From positions 210,001-242,000 of the forward strand of contig NZ_CP010904.1 in NCBI RefSeq assembly GCF_001017655.1: 32,000 nucleotides of DNA, in the 5' to 3' direction. Positions 18,369-25,657 of the stretch are shown one piece after another. The notes beneath the pieces are model-generated. The model was not told the origin of the DNA, ran no database searches, and saw only the letters and a list, made by a program, of their open reading frames with translations. How positions within the stretch are numbered: position 1 is the stretch's first letter; each line of letters opens with the position of its first letter. Made by a program: the position numbers and the translations under genes. The stretch comes from Kiritimatiella glycovorans (GTDB lineage: Bacteria; Verrucomicrobiota; Kiritimatiellia; Kiritimatiellales; Kiritimatiellaceae).

Positions 18369-18599
18369 CAGCGCCTCCCCGAGTCAAACAGGTCCAACCA
18401 CGTTAGGTCAACGGAGGCGGCCACTCAAGAGGAAAGAGGAAAAGGGTTGTTTGTGGATTTTTATGGAAAGTCGCTCGGGGAGAAAGGGCGGGGTGCGGAA
18501 GATCAGGGGAAGCGTAGAATCGCGGTCGCGGGGAAAGAGAATGGGATTCACCATGAAGGACATGAAGAGCACAGGCAAATAGATCGTGCGCGCTCTCTT

Positions 18600-18697
18600 A
18601 CGTTCGTAGTAGGCCCGTAGGCCTGCGAAGCAGGGCCAGGGCCGTGATCTTTCACGCGCCTTGGCCCTTCGGGCGCTTGCGGCGCTACTACGAACGT
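18600..18697. repeat. 98 nt extended imperfect hairpin closed by a perfect 13 bp inverted repeat
   Basis: ACGTTCGTAGTAG (18600-18612) is the exact reverse complement of CTACTACGAACGT (18685-18697). The interior has further pairing, e.g. CGAAG..GGCC with GGCC..CTTCG. Non-coding, located between the divergent trpB paralog and hipB. Confidence 0.6.
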
Positions 18698-18762
18698 TTG
18701 TCGTCTCCCATCCCGACCCCGGCATCCTCTGTGACCGCTGTGGTGAATCCCCATCCGGCTCT

Positions 18763-18875
18763 TTCCCGAACGGTAACACAAATCTTCTGTTGGCGCCTGG
18801 TTTCCTTTATATTCCCGATCAGGAATATTTTGTTTTATTTAACTCTCTTTTGTGTTTATATTCCCGAACGGTAAC
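18763..18875 (+). promoter_or_regulatory. hipBA control region: two 15 bp direct repeats and a central palindrome (candidate HipB operators)
   Basis: TTCCCGAACGGTAAC occurs at 18763-18777 and again at 18861-18875, the second copy ending 1 nt before the hipB ATG. Perfect palindrome ATATTCC-N6-GGAATAT at 18809-18828. TATATTCCCGA recurs at 18808-18818 and 18857-18867. The region is AT-rich relative to its surroundings. Confidence 0.55.
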
Positions 18876-18876
18876 T

Positions 18877-19086
18877 ATGAAGATAGAAAACACAGAGCAG
18901 TTGGGTGCGGCGGTGCGGCGTCGGCGCAAACGAATGGGGATCACGCAGAAGGATCTCGCCATGGTTTGCGGGACGGGTTTGCGATTCATCGTGGACCTGG
19001 AGAAGGGCAAGCCCACCTGTCAGACCGGGAAGGCGCTTCAGGTGCTCAAGGCGCTTGGAATGGGCGTCGACGTCGAATCCCGGTGA
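18877..19086 (+). CDS. hipB: HipB-type antitoxin, XRE-family HTH (y4mF-like)
   Basis: 69 aa from ATG 18877. MGITQKDLAMVCGTGLRFIVDLEKGKPTCQTGKALQVLKALGM is the HTH plus the conserved 'E.GK......' segment of HipB partners of HipA. Lies directly upstream of hipA. Confidence 0.85.
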   Translation: MKIENTEQLGAAVRRRRKRMGITQKDLAMVCGTGLRFIVDLEKGKPTCQTGKALQVLKALGMGVDVESR

Positions 19087-19104
19087 TAACCTCGGAGGGG
19101 TGTG

Positions 19105-20346
19105 ATGCGTCGTCTTTTCGTTTACTTGAACGACGAGCACGTTGGGGCGCTGGATCAGGACGACAGCGGATTGTTGCTTTTCCGTTACGCTCCGTCGTGG
19201 CTGAATCGGCCGGATGCGATACCGCTCTCCCGCAGTCTTCCGCTGCGCGAGGAACCATTCCGCGGGAAATATGCACGACCCTTTTTTGCGGGCGTGCTTC
19301 CCGACGAGACTCCGCGCAGGCGTATCGCCTCGATCCTCGGGATCAGTGAGCGCAACGACTTCGCCATGCTCGAACGGATTGGCGGCGAGTGCGCGGGGGC
19401 GGTCAGGCTGCTTCCCGACGATGCCGCCGCCCGGACCGAGGATGCAGAGGCGCTGCATAAATTCGGCGAAGACGAACTGAAGCGTGTTTTTGCGGAACTG
19501 CCGCAGCGTCCCCTCATGGCGGGAAAAGAGGGTGTGAGGCTTTCGCTGGCGGGGGCTCAGGGGAAACTCCCGGTCGTCGTGCGTGGCGGATCGATCTGCC
19601 TTCCTCTGAACAACACCGCGAGCACGCATATCCTGAAACCGGAACCTGAAAGTTTCCGCGGATTAGCGGCGAATGAATCATTCTGCATGAGACTGGCGGG
19701 GGAGGCCGGATTGAACGTCCCGCCCGTTGAAATGAGGAACACGAACGGTCTTCCTTATCTCGTGATCGAACGCTTCGATCGAGATGAGGATAAAAGCGGC
19801 CGCGTGCGTCGCATACATCAGGAGGATTTCTGCCAGGCGCTGGGGTATCCGCCGGAACACAAGTATCAGCAGGAGGGCGGTCCGCTGCTCCGACATGGCT
19901 TCGAACTCCTGCGGGACTGGTCCACGGCACCCGTGCTGGATGTCCTGGAACTGGTCGATACGATGATCTTCAATGCGGTGATCGGCAACGCGGACGCCCA
20001 CGGGAAGAATTTCTCCCTCCTCTATCGCGGACATGAACGGAGACTCGCCCCCGCCTACGACCTCGTCTGCACCCTGGCCTGGCCCGAAATCTCCACTCGG
20101 CTCGCGATGAATATCGGGGGGTGCCGCACACTCACGGAAATCAGGCCGGATCACTGGCGACGGATGGCCGAAGAAACCGGACTCGCCTGGCCGATGCTCC
20201 GGGAGCGCGTGGCCCGTTTCGCGACGGAGATCGGCGAGGCCGCCTGTAGATTGCGCGAGAATCTATCCGTCCGGGATCCCATGATCGACCGCGTGGCGGA
20301 GATCATCGCCTCCCGCGCGGACCGGATGGGTTCCGGGCGGGGATGA
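19105..20346 (+). CDS. hipA: HipA-family Ser/Thr kinase toxin (type II TA)
   Basis: About 413 aa. N-terminal HipA coupling domain (VGALDQDDSGLLLFRYAPSWL). P-loop-like LSLAGAQGKLPV. Catalytic IGNADAHGKNFSLL. Mg-binding LAPAYDLV. ATG 19105 has GGAGG 6 nt upstream; the track GTG at 19102 is the alternative start. Confidence 0.9.
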   Translation: MRRLFVYLNDEHVGALDQDDSGLLLFRYAPSWLNRPDAIPLSRSLPLREEPFRGKYARPFFAGVLPDETPRRRIASILGISERNDFAMLERIGGECAGAVRLLPDDAAARTEDAEALHKFGEDELKRVFAELPQRPLMAGKEGVRLSLAGAQGKLPVVVRGGSICLPLNNTASTHILKPEPESFRGLAANESFCMRLAGEAGLNVPPVEMRNTNGLPYLVIERFDRDEDKSGRVRRIHQEDFCQALGYPPEHKYQQEGGPLLRHGFELLRDWSTAPVLDVLELVDTMIFNAVIGNADAHGKNFSLLYRGHERRLAPAYDLVCTLAWPEISTRLAMNIGGCRTLTEIRPDHWRRMAEETGLAWPMLRERVARFATEIGEAACRLRENLSVRDPMIDRVAEIIASRADRMGSGRG

Positions 20347-20368
20347 CCACGGATGGCGAATGCAGCGA

Positions 20369-20500
20369 TTCTCATTATGGCTTCACCCTTTTCGGTCGGG
20401 GTGGCACCCGACCCTCCCAGTGCCCGAAAATGCGTCGGATATCGACTCGGGAGGGACGGCTGCCACGCCGTCCGCGGTCGGAAAGCGGCCATAATGAGAA
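20369..20500. ncRNA. Unclassified 132 nt multi-stem structured element closed by a perfect 13 bp stem (candidate ncRNA or MITE-like element)
   Basis: TTCTCATTATGGC (20369-20381) is the exact reverse complement of GCCATAATGAGAA (20488-20500). Internal hairpins: GGTCGGG-gtggca-CCCGACC (20394-20413), CTCCC/GGGAG (20414-20418 with 20449-20453) enclosing GTCG-gatat-CGAC, and GACGGC-tgccac-GCCGTC (20456-20473). It lies between the convergent hipA and rsmA genes. The strand is not determinable. Confidence 0.4.
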
Positions 20501-20637
20501 GTGCTGTGGCGAATGACGCGGATGTGGATTTTATGAGAGCTCAGGGGTACGATTTTTCCTTCCACCCGTTGCGTAGGTTTCCGGGCAATGTTGAAGTCAG
20601 GAAGGGGAAAGGGACGGGATCGCGGGAGGATTGCTTA

Positions 20638-21444
20638 TCACGCGTGCAGCGCGCGTTCGGCCAGACGGTACCAGTCACCCGGAGGTACACGGTGCGGACG
20701 CAGTTCCGGATCGATGCCGACGGCACGCAAATCAAGGTCCGGGAGCGTGTTGCTCAGCTTTTTGCGGCGCTGCGAAAAGGCGCTCCGCAGGATTTCGACG
20801 AGCCGGGGATAGGCGTCGCTCCGGATCGCGGGGGTGTCGCGGCGGACGAGCCGTAATACCGCCGAACGGACCTCGGGCCGCGGATAGAAACAGGTGGCGC
20901 TTACGGTTTTGACGAGCGCGGATTCGAAAAAGGCGGTCGTGCGCACCGCCAGCGGACCGTAATCGGAAGAACCCGGCGCGGCGGCGATGCGCCGGGCGGT
21001 CTCGAGCTGAAGCATGACGGCCACGGTCTCCGGCCGGGGTTCTGCGTCGACGATCCGCACGAGGATGCGCGTGCCCACGGAGTAGGGCAGGTTGGCGGCC
21101 ACCCGGCACACGCTCGCGCGGAAGAGTTCGCCGAAATCGGTCTCGAGCGCGTCTTCCGTGCGCACGTGCAAGGCGCGTCGATCCGGCATCAGGCGGCGGA
21201 GATGGTCCGCGAGCCGTCCGTCTTTCTCGATCGCGGTCACCCGGCCGCCGCGTTCGAGAAGGCCAGCCGTGAGCGCGCCGAGCCCCGGACCGATCTCGAG
21301 TACGCCGTCCCCATCCTCCAGACCCGCGGAGTCGATCACGCAGCGGAGAATGTTGGCGTCGATCAGAAAGTTCTGCCCGCGCCCGCGCGAAGGACGGAGG
21401 TCGAGTTCCCGGATGAGACGCCGGACCTCGGAGGGCCGGGTCAG
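20638..21444 (-). CDS. rsmA: 16S rRNA (adenine1518/1519-N6)-dimethyltransferase RsmA/KsgA; start codon uncertain (CTG at 21444 or 21474)
   Basis: VLEIGPGLGALT is the SAM motif; NLPYSVGT is the catalytic NLPY. The conserved N-terminal RPSRGRGQNFLID block lies upstream of the track start (GTG 21339), in the same open frame. That frame has no ATG, GTG or TTG upstream. Confidence 0.85.
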   Translation of the reverse strand: MTRPSEVRRLIRELDLRPSRGRGQNFLIDANILRCVIDSAGLEDGDGVLEIGPGLGALTAGLLERGGRVTAIEKDGRLADHLRRLMPDRRALHVRTEDALETDFGELFRASVCRVAANLPYSVGTRILVRIVDAEPRPETVAVMLQLETARRIAAAPGSSDYGPLAVRTTAFFESALVKTVSATCFYPRPEVRSAVLRLVRRDTPAIRSDAYPRLVEILRSAFSQRRKKLSNTLPDLDLRAVGIDPELRPHRVPPGDWYRLAERALHA

Positions 21445-21470
21445 TCTGCGCGAGAGGGGAGGATCCTGAT

Positions 21471-22463
21471 TCAGCCTGCGGACTCCGATTCGGGGCGGTC
21501 GAAAATCTGTACCACGTGCTTCTGGCGCAGTCGGTCCAGCCAGCGCTCGCGGACCTGCGCCCGCTTCCGCGCCAGGGTCCGCTCTTCCAGCTCTTCGCGG
21601 ACCTCGCCGAAGGGCTGTACCGAGGGTTCGCGCCGGCCCTCGACCGTGGCCAGGTAATAGCTGTCTTCGGCCTCGATGACCCCGCTCACCTCGCCCGTGG
21701 AGAGATCTCCGAGCGCGGCGGCCAGTTCGGGCGCGAGATCCTCGGGTTCCAGCCAGGGGTAAGCTCCGCCCTCTTCGGCCCGGTTCCCCTCCGACATCTC
21801 GCGCGCCACCGCCGCAAAGGGTTCGCCGTCCTCGACGATCCTGCGGCGGATCGTCTCAATCTCCTCCCGCTTGGCCGCCCGGTCTTCTTCGGACTCGCCG
21901 CGCTGAATGCGGATCAGCCGGAACTTCACCTGCGCCGGTGTACGAAACTCGTCTTTTTTACTCACGTAAGCCCTGCGCAGGTCTCCCAGCGACACGTCGG
22001 CGTTGGCGTAGACGTGCACGTGCATCATCATCCGGACCTTGATCCGTTCGCGGAAATCCTGCCGCCACTCCTCGAGGGTCTCGTTCTGCTTTTTCAGCGC
22101 CCGCAGAAACGTCGTGCGGTCCCCGCCGTAATTCTCGCGGATGAAACGGTTTATCTCCTCGTTCACCACTTCCTGCGGGAGCTGGTACTGGCTGCTGTCG
22201 AATTCCTCGAGGATCAGGGCGTGATCGATCAGGGCCTGCAGCCCTTCCCGGTAGACCTCGTTCATCCGCTCGATCCGCTCGCTACCCTGAAATCTCCGCC
22301 GGATGCGTTGAATCTGCGGCGCGATGTAGGCCTTGACCTCGCCTTCCGTGATGACGCGGTCGTTGACCGCCGCCGCATAACGATCGGCCGCCGGCCGCTC
22401 CGGAGCCGCCGTGCAGACGGCCACGAGGGAGAGCAGACATATGGATGTGAGCAGATTACGCAT
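21471..22463 (-). CDS. Periplasmic chaperone / peptidyl-prolyl isomerase (SurA N-terminal-like plus parvulin PpiC domain)
   Basis: 330 aa. Signal peptide MRNLLTSICLLSLVAVCTA. Parvulin block VKFRLIRIQ...FAAVAREMSEGNRAEEGGAYPWLEPEDLAPELAAALGDLSTGEVSGVIEAEDSYYLATVEG. Confidence 0.8.
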   Translation of the reverse strand: MRNLLTSICLLSLVAVCTAAPERPAADRYAAAVNDRVITEGEVKAYIAPQIQRIRRRFQGSERIERMNEVYREGLQALIDHALILEEFDSSQYQLPQEVVNEEINRFIRENYGGDRTTFLRALKKQNETLEEWRQDFRERIKVRMMMHVHVYANADVSLGDLRRAYVSKKDEFRTPAQVKFRLIRIQRGESEEDRAAKREEIETIRRRIVEDGEPFAAVAREMSEGNRAEEGGAYPWLEPEDLAPELAAALGDLSTGEVSGVIEAEDSYYLATVEGRREPSVQPFGEVREELEERTLARKRAQVRERWLDRLRQKHVVQIFDRPESESAG

Positions 22464-22712
22464 AAACCTTCCCGTCCTTTGTTTGAAATCGACACACTAT
22501 GCCGGATCGCGTTCAGACGCGCAACGCAAGAAAACGGAGCGGCCTTTTTCTGTGTAGGATCGTCATTGTTCACGACGGACAGGGTGGACCGTCACGTCCC
22601 CCTGCCGGATTATCAGGACGAAAGGAAAATAAGTCTTATCCCATATTGTCAAATTAGTTCTTGATTTTGTCGGGAGGAAGGGGTAGCAAAGTACGCAAGT
22701 TGAAATAGAAAA

Positions 22713-22718
22713 AGGAGG
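22713..22718 (+). promoter_or_regulatory. Shine-Dalgarno sequence of the PEP-CTERM protein gene
   Basis: AGGAGG lies 9 nt upstream of ATG 22728, at the end of an AT-rich 264 bp divergent intergenic region. Confidence 0.7.
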
Positions 22719-22727
22719 GAGACCATT

Positions 22728-25601
22728 ATGAAAGCGGCAAAAAGCATGATCGCTTTAATTGCATGCGCCGTAATCATCGGCACCGCCGCCACGGCGGGCG
22801 CGGTGACCTACACGAACGAGGCATGGCCGGACAGCCCGGTGTTCTGGAGCAGCAACTCCGTATGGAAAGGTGGAAACGTCGCCCAGGCGGGGACGAACAC
22901 GGTGGTGATCATCGAAAACGGCCGTGCGACCTCCTACCATGATCTAGCCGACCCGTTCGAACTTAATTCGCTCGTAATGAACGGCACACAGGGCCACACG
23001 ATTCACAGCAATTCCTTTCGCTTCTCCAGGGGCAGCGCGCAGGCGTCGATCGAAAACGATACCTCTGACCTCTTTATTATAGAAAGCGATGTCGAGCTGA
23101 ACGACGCCGGGGGAGTCGTCGTCGGCGGCACGGGCTCAGGCGACATCCGGCTCAAAGGGGTGGTCTCCGGCGGGGCGAACGACGGCGGAATAATTGCCGA
23201 TTACGGCGGGCAGGTCTCGTTGAGCCAGGCCGCGACGTACACCGGCGATACGGTGGTCAGGCGCGGTACCTTCAGTTTCGGTTCGGGGGTCGACGGCACG
23301 CAGATGACCCAGGGCTCAGATTTTATTCTCGGCGAGGACGGCAGTTCGGCGAATGCGACCCTTGAAACCGCACGCGGCTCCGGCGTGTTCGCGGACACCC
23401 AGACCGTGACGGTCAAGGGCGAGGGACACAACGTCATCACCAGTGCCAACGGTCTGAACGGCGACACCTCTTACGACGCCGATATCGTGCTGGATAACGC
23501 CGACCTCGAAATCCGGATCTGGCAGGCGTCCGGCCACAGGAACCTCAACCTTGACGGTGGCATCTCCGGCACGGGCGATCTCGTGCTGAACGCCGATCCG
23601 CGCGGAGGCACGGCGGGGAACATCAATGTCGCCGGCGCCAATACCTATGCGGGCGACACCTATATCGGCACCAACGGGATCGCCATGGAGGCCTATATCC
23701 GCAACGGCAGCGCGATCCCGGATACTTCGGATGTGTATGTCGAGGGACTGGCCAGCATGAGAATCTACGCCAACGAGACGATCGGCGCACTGAACGGGGA
23801 GGACTCCGGCGCCAAAGCGGGGGCGCGTTTCGGCGGGGATACGCTCACGGTCGGTGCGAACGACGCGGACGGTTCGTTCGCCGGTCAGCTGTATGACGAT
23901 GTCGGCACGCTGAACTTTGTGAAAACCGGCAGCGGGCGGCAGACGCTCACAGGCACGAATACCTATACCGGCACAACCACGGTCAATGAGGGTATCCTTC
24001 AGTTCAACCGCGAGGACGCCGTCGCGACAGACGTCAACCTGAACTCCTCCGAAGCGGCGGTGGTCGCCAGCGGATGGGGAACCTCGAATCTGCTGACGCA
24101 TATTGACGGCGGCAGTTCGGCCGGCGCAGTGCTCATCCCCGGCGACAACAATGAGACACTCGACATGGGATCGCTGAACATCTCGCTGGGTTCCGACGGC
24201 GCCCACACCTACGGCGGCGACATCAGTGTGGACTCGAACGGCGTCTACCGGTTTACGGGGGCCTTCGGGGACCTGAACGTCGCTTCGGATCTCGACGGCT
24301 ATGCCAGCGTCCTTGTAACGGGCGGCGGCTCGGTGACGCTGAGCGGAACCAATACCTACACGCCTCCGGGCGTAGGGAATATCCAGGTGCAGGACGACTC
24401 CATACTGGTGCTCGGCAGTGAACAGGCCGTGTCCGATGCAGGCGGACGGGTGTTCATCAACGGCAGCTCCGGCGGCACGGTCGATCTCAACGGTAAAACG
24501 CTGTCGCGGGACATCGTCTTTGATCCCAGCGGCACGAGCGCGGCCTACCTGACCAATGCGTCCGCCACGACCGCGACGATGAACGGGCAGATTCGCGCAG
24601 ATGGCGATGCCGACGACAACAATTACATCGGCGGCAGCGCGGGCGATATCGTGCTGAACAACCAGGTCCAGGAGAGCTTCATCAAGGCCGGTTCGAACAC
24701 GGTCGAGATCGACGGGATCAACAACACGGCCCCGGAGATTACGGTGCAACAGGGTACGCTCAAGCTCACGCGCAGCCTCTCCAACTGGAGTGCAACGGAC
24801 TTCACGCTCGACGGCGGGACGTTCAATCCCTCGTTCGGACATGAACTGAGCATCTACTCCAACAGCACGATCACGGCCGCCTCGGAAAGCACGATCCAGG
24901 TGGACGGTATCTCGACGATCAACGGCACGCTGACGGGTTCGGCGAACCTCACCAAGACCGGCGGATCCGAACTGCGTTTCGGCGCGGAGAACAGCGGGTT
25001 TACCGGGAACCTGACGCTCGCGGACGGGAATCTGATGCTGAACACCAACCTCGCCAATGCGGCGGTCACCGTGCAGGACGGTGCGCGCCTTGCGGGTTCG
25101 GCTTCGGTCGGCGGACAGATTACGGTCGAAACCGGCGGCTTTCTGCGGCCCGGCATCTCTCCGGGCATTCTGACGGCGGAAGACGGGTTGACGATGCAGG
25201 ATGGCACCTACACGGAATGGGAGCTGATCGACAACACCGAATCCGGCCGCGGAACGAACTTCGACGGGATCGACGTGACCGGCGGCGACATGCAGCTCGA
25301 CGGCGAGCTGCGGTTGATCCTCAACAGCACAGAAAGTACCGTCGACTTCGACGATACATTCTGGACGGATGATACGCAGCACGTCTGGACGGTAGCTTCC
25401 TACACCGGTGCAGGGACGAGCGAGGGCAACTTCGATAACGTCGACGTCTACTACGACGGATCCGTACTCGGCGATTTCACGACCGAGCGCAACGGCGACA
25501 ATGTCGATCTTGTGTGGACCATCCCTGAGCCGGCGGCTTTCACCATGCTCATTCTCGGTCTGGCCGTCTTCCGCCTGCGGAGAGTAGTGAAACGAAGCTG
25601 A
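22728..25601 (+). CDS. Large secreted PEP-CTERM-anchored protein with autotransporter-associated beta-strand (PATR) repeats
   Basis: 957 aa. Signal peptide MKAAKSMIALIACAVIIGTAATAGA. Repeated G(T/A)NTY(T/A)G modules, e.g. LNFVKTGSGRQTLTGTNTYTGTTTVNEGILQF. The C-terminus IPEPAAFTMLILGLAVFRLRRVVKRS has PEP motif, TM helix and basic tail, i.e. a PEP-CTERM sorting signal. Confidence 0.9.
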   Translation: MKAAKSMIALIACAVIIGTAATAGAVTYTNEAWPDSPVFWSSNSVWKGGNVAQAGTNTVVIIENGRATSYHDLADPFELNSLVMNGTQGHTIHSNSFRFSRGSAQASIENDTSDLFIIESDVELNDAGGVVVGGTGSGDIRLKGVVSGGANDGGIIADYGGQVSLSQAATYTGDTVVRRGTFSFGSGVDGTQMTQGSDFILGEDGSSANATLETARGSGVFADTQTVTVKGEGHNVITSANGLNGDTSYDADIVLDNADLEIRIWQASGHRNLNLDGGISGTGDLVLNADPRGGTAGNINVAGANTYAGDTYIGTNGIAMEAYIRNGSAIPDTSDVYVEGLASMRIYANETIGALNGEDSGAKAGARFGGDTLTVGANDADGSFAGQLYDDVGTLNFVKTGSGRQTLTGTNTYTGTTTVNEGILQFNREDAVATDVNLNSSEAAVVASGWGTSNLLTHIDGGSSAGAVLIPGDNNETLDMGSLNISLGSDGAHTYGGDISVDSNGVYRFTGAFGDLNVASDLDGYASVLVTGGGSVTLSGTNTYTPPGVGNIQVQDDSILVLGSEQAVSDAGGRVFINGSSGGTVDLNGKTLSRDIVFDPSGTSAAYLTNASATTATMNGQIRADGDADDNNYIGGSAGDIVLNNQVQESFIKAGSNTVEIDGINNTAPEITVQQGTLKLTRSLSNWSATDFTLDGGTFNPSFGHELSIYSNSTITAASESTIQVDGISTINGTLTGSANLTKTGGSELRFGAENSGFTGNLTLADGNLMLNTNLANAAVTVQDGARLAGSASVGGQITVETGGFLRPGISPGILTAEDGLTMQDGTYTEWELIDNTESGRGTNFDGIDVTGGDMQLDGELRLILNSTESTVDFDDTFWTDDTQHVWTVASYTGAGTSEGNFDNVDVYYDGSVLGDFTTERNGDNVDLVWTIPEPAAFTMLILGLAVFRLRRVVKRS

Positions 25602-25630
25602 CCTTCGAATTACAGCCATCAGAACCGAAA

Positions 25631-25657
25631 AGCCCCGGCACACCGCCGGGGCTTTTT
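25631..25657 (+). terminator. Rho-independent terminator of the PEP-CTERM protein gene
   Basis: AGCCCCGGC-acacc-GCCGGGGCT: 9 bp GC-rich stem, immediately followed by TTTTT. It starts 30 nt after the stop codon. Confidence 0.85.

Noticed and set aside
15982-18387. 801 aa ORF in the track that would fuse an Arg/Pro/Gly-rich N-terminal half to the kinase
   Set aside because: Its upstream 1.2 kb is an alternative frame of the well-supported TrpB paralog gene (17157-18368). It translates to low-complexity R/G/P-rich sequence typical of off-frame reading in GC-rich DNA. The kinase domain begins right after ATG 17160, which forms an ATGA overlap with the TrpB stop.
18408-18781. Minus-strand ORFs of 123 aa and 77 aa in the trpB-paralog/hipB intergenic region; also considered as a Trp leader peptide
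   Set aside because: They have no SD, odd composition, and span the long hairpin element. Neither contains the tandem Trp codons expected of a trp attenuator leader peptide.
20369-20500. Interpretation of the 13 bp-stem element as a retron msr/msd, SRP RNA, 6S RNA or a common riboswitch
   Set aside because: There is no reverse transcriptase gene nearby. I could not find the SRP domain IV motif (GGAA tetraloop with AGCAGCC-type internal loop), the B12 box, the TPP CUGAGA/ACCUGA motifs, or the SAM-I or guanidine-I cores on either strand. It is kept as an unclassified structured element instead.
20353-20856. 167 aa ORF downstream of hipA, considered as a possible third TA component
   Set aside because: It has no recognisable motif and no SD. 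It runs through the structured inverted-repeat element and then overlaps the 3' end of rsmA on the opposite strand. HipA here is full length, so no split HipS/HipT-type partner is expected.
23316-25643. 775 aa antisense ORF opposite the PEP-CTERM protein gene. Similar long antisense or off-frame ORFs: 1546-3036(-), 6110-7405(+), 7965-9548(+), 10521-11711(+), 14572-15891(+), 16102-17178(+), 17178-18347(+), 21516-22664(+), 27220-28299(-), 28632-29492(-)
   Set aside because: All lie opposite or out of frame with genes that have clear family signatures. Their translations are R/G/P/A/H-rich low-complexity strings with no recognisable motifs. Stop codons are rare in non-coding frames of GC-rich DNA, so these are shadow ORFs.
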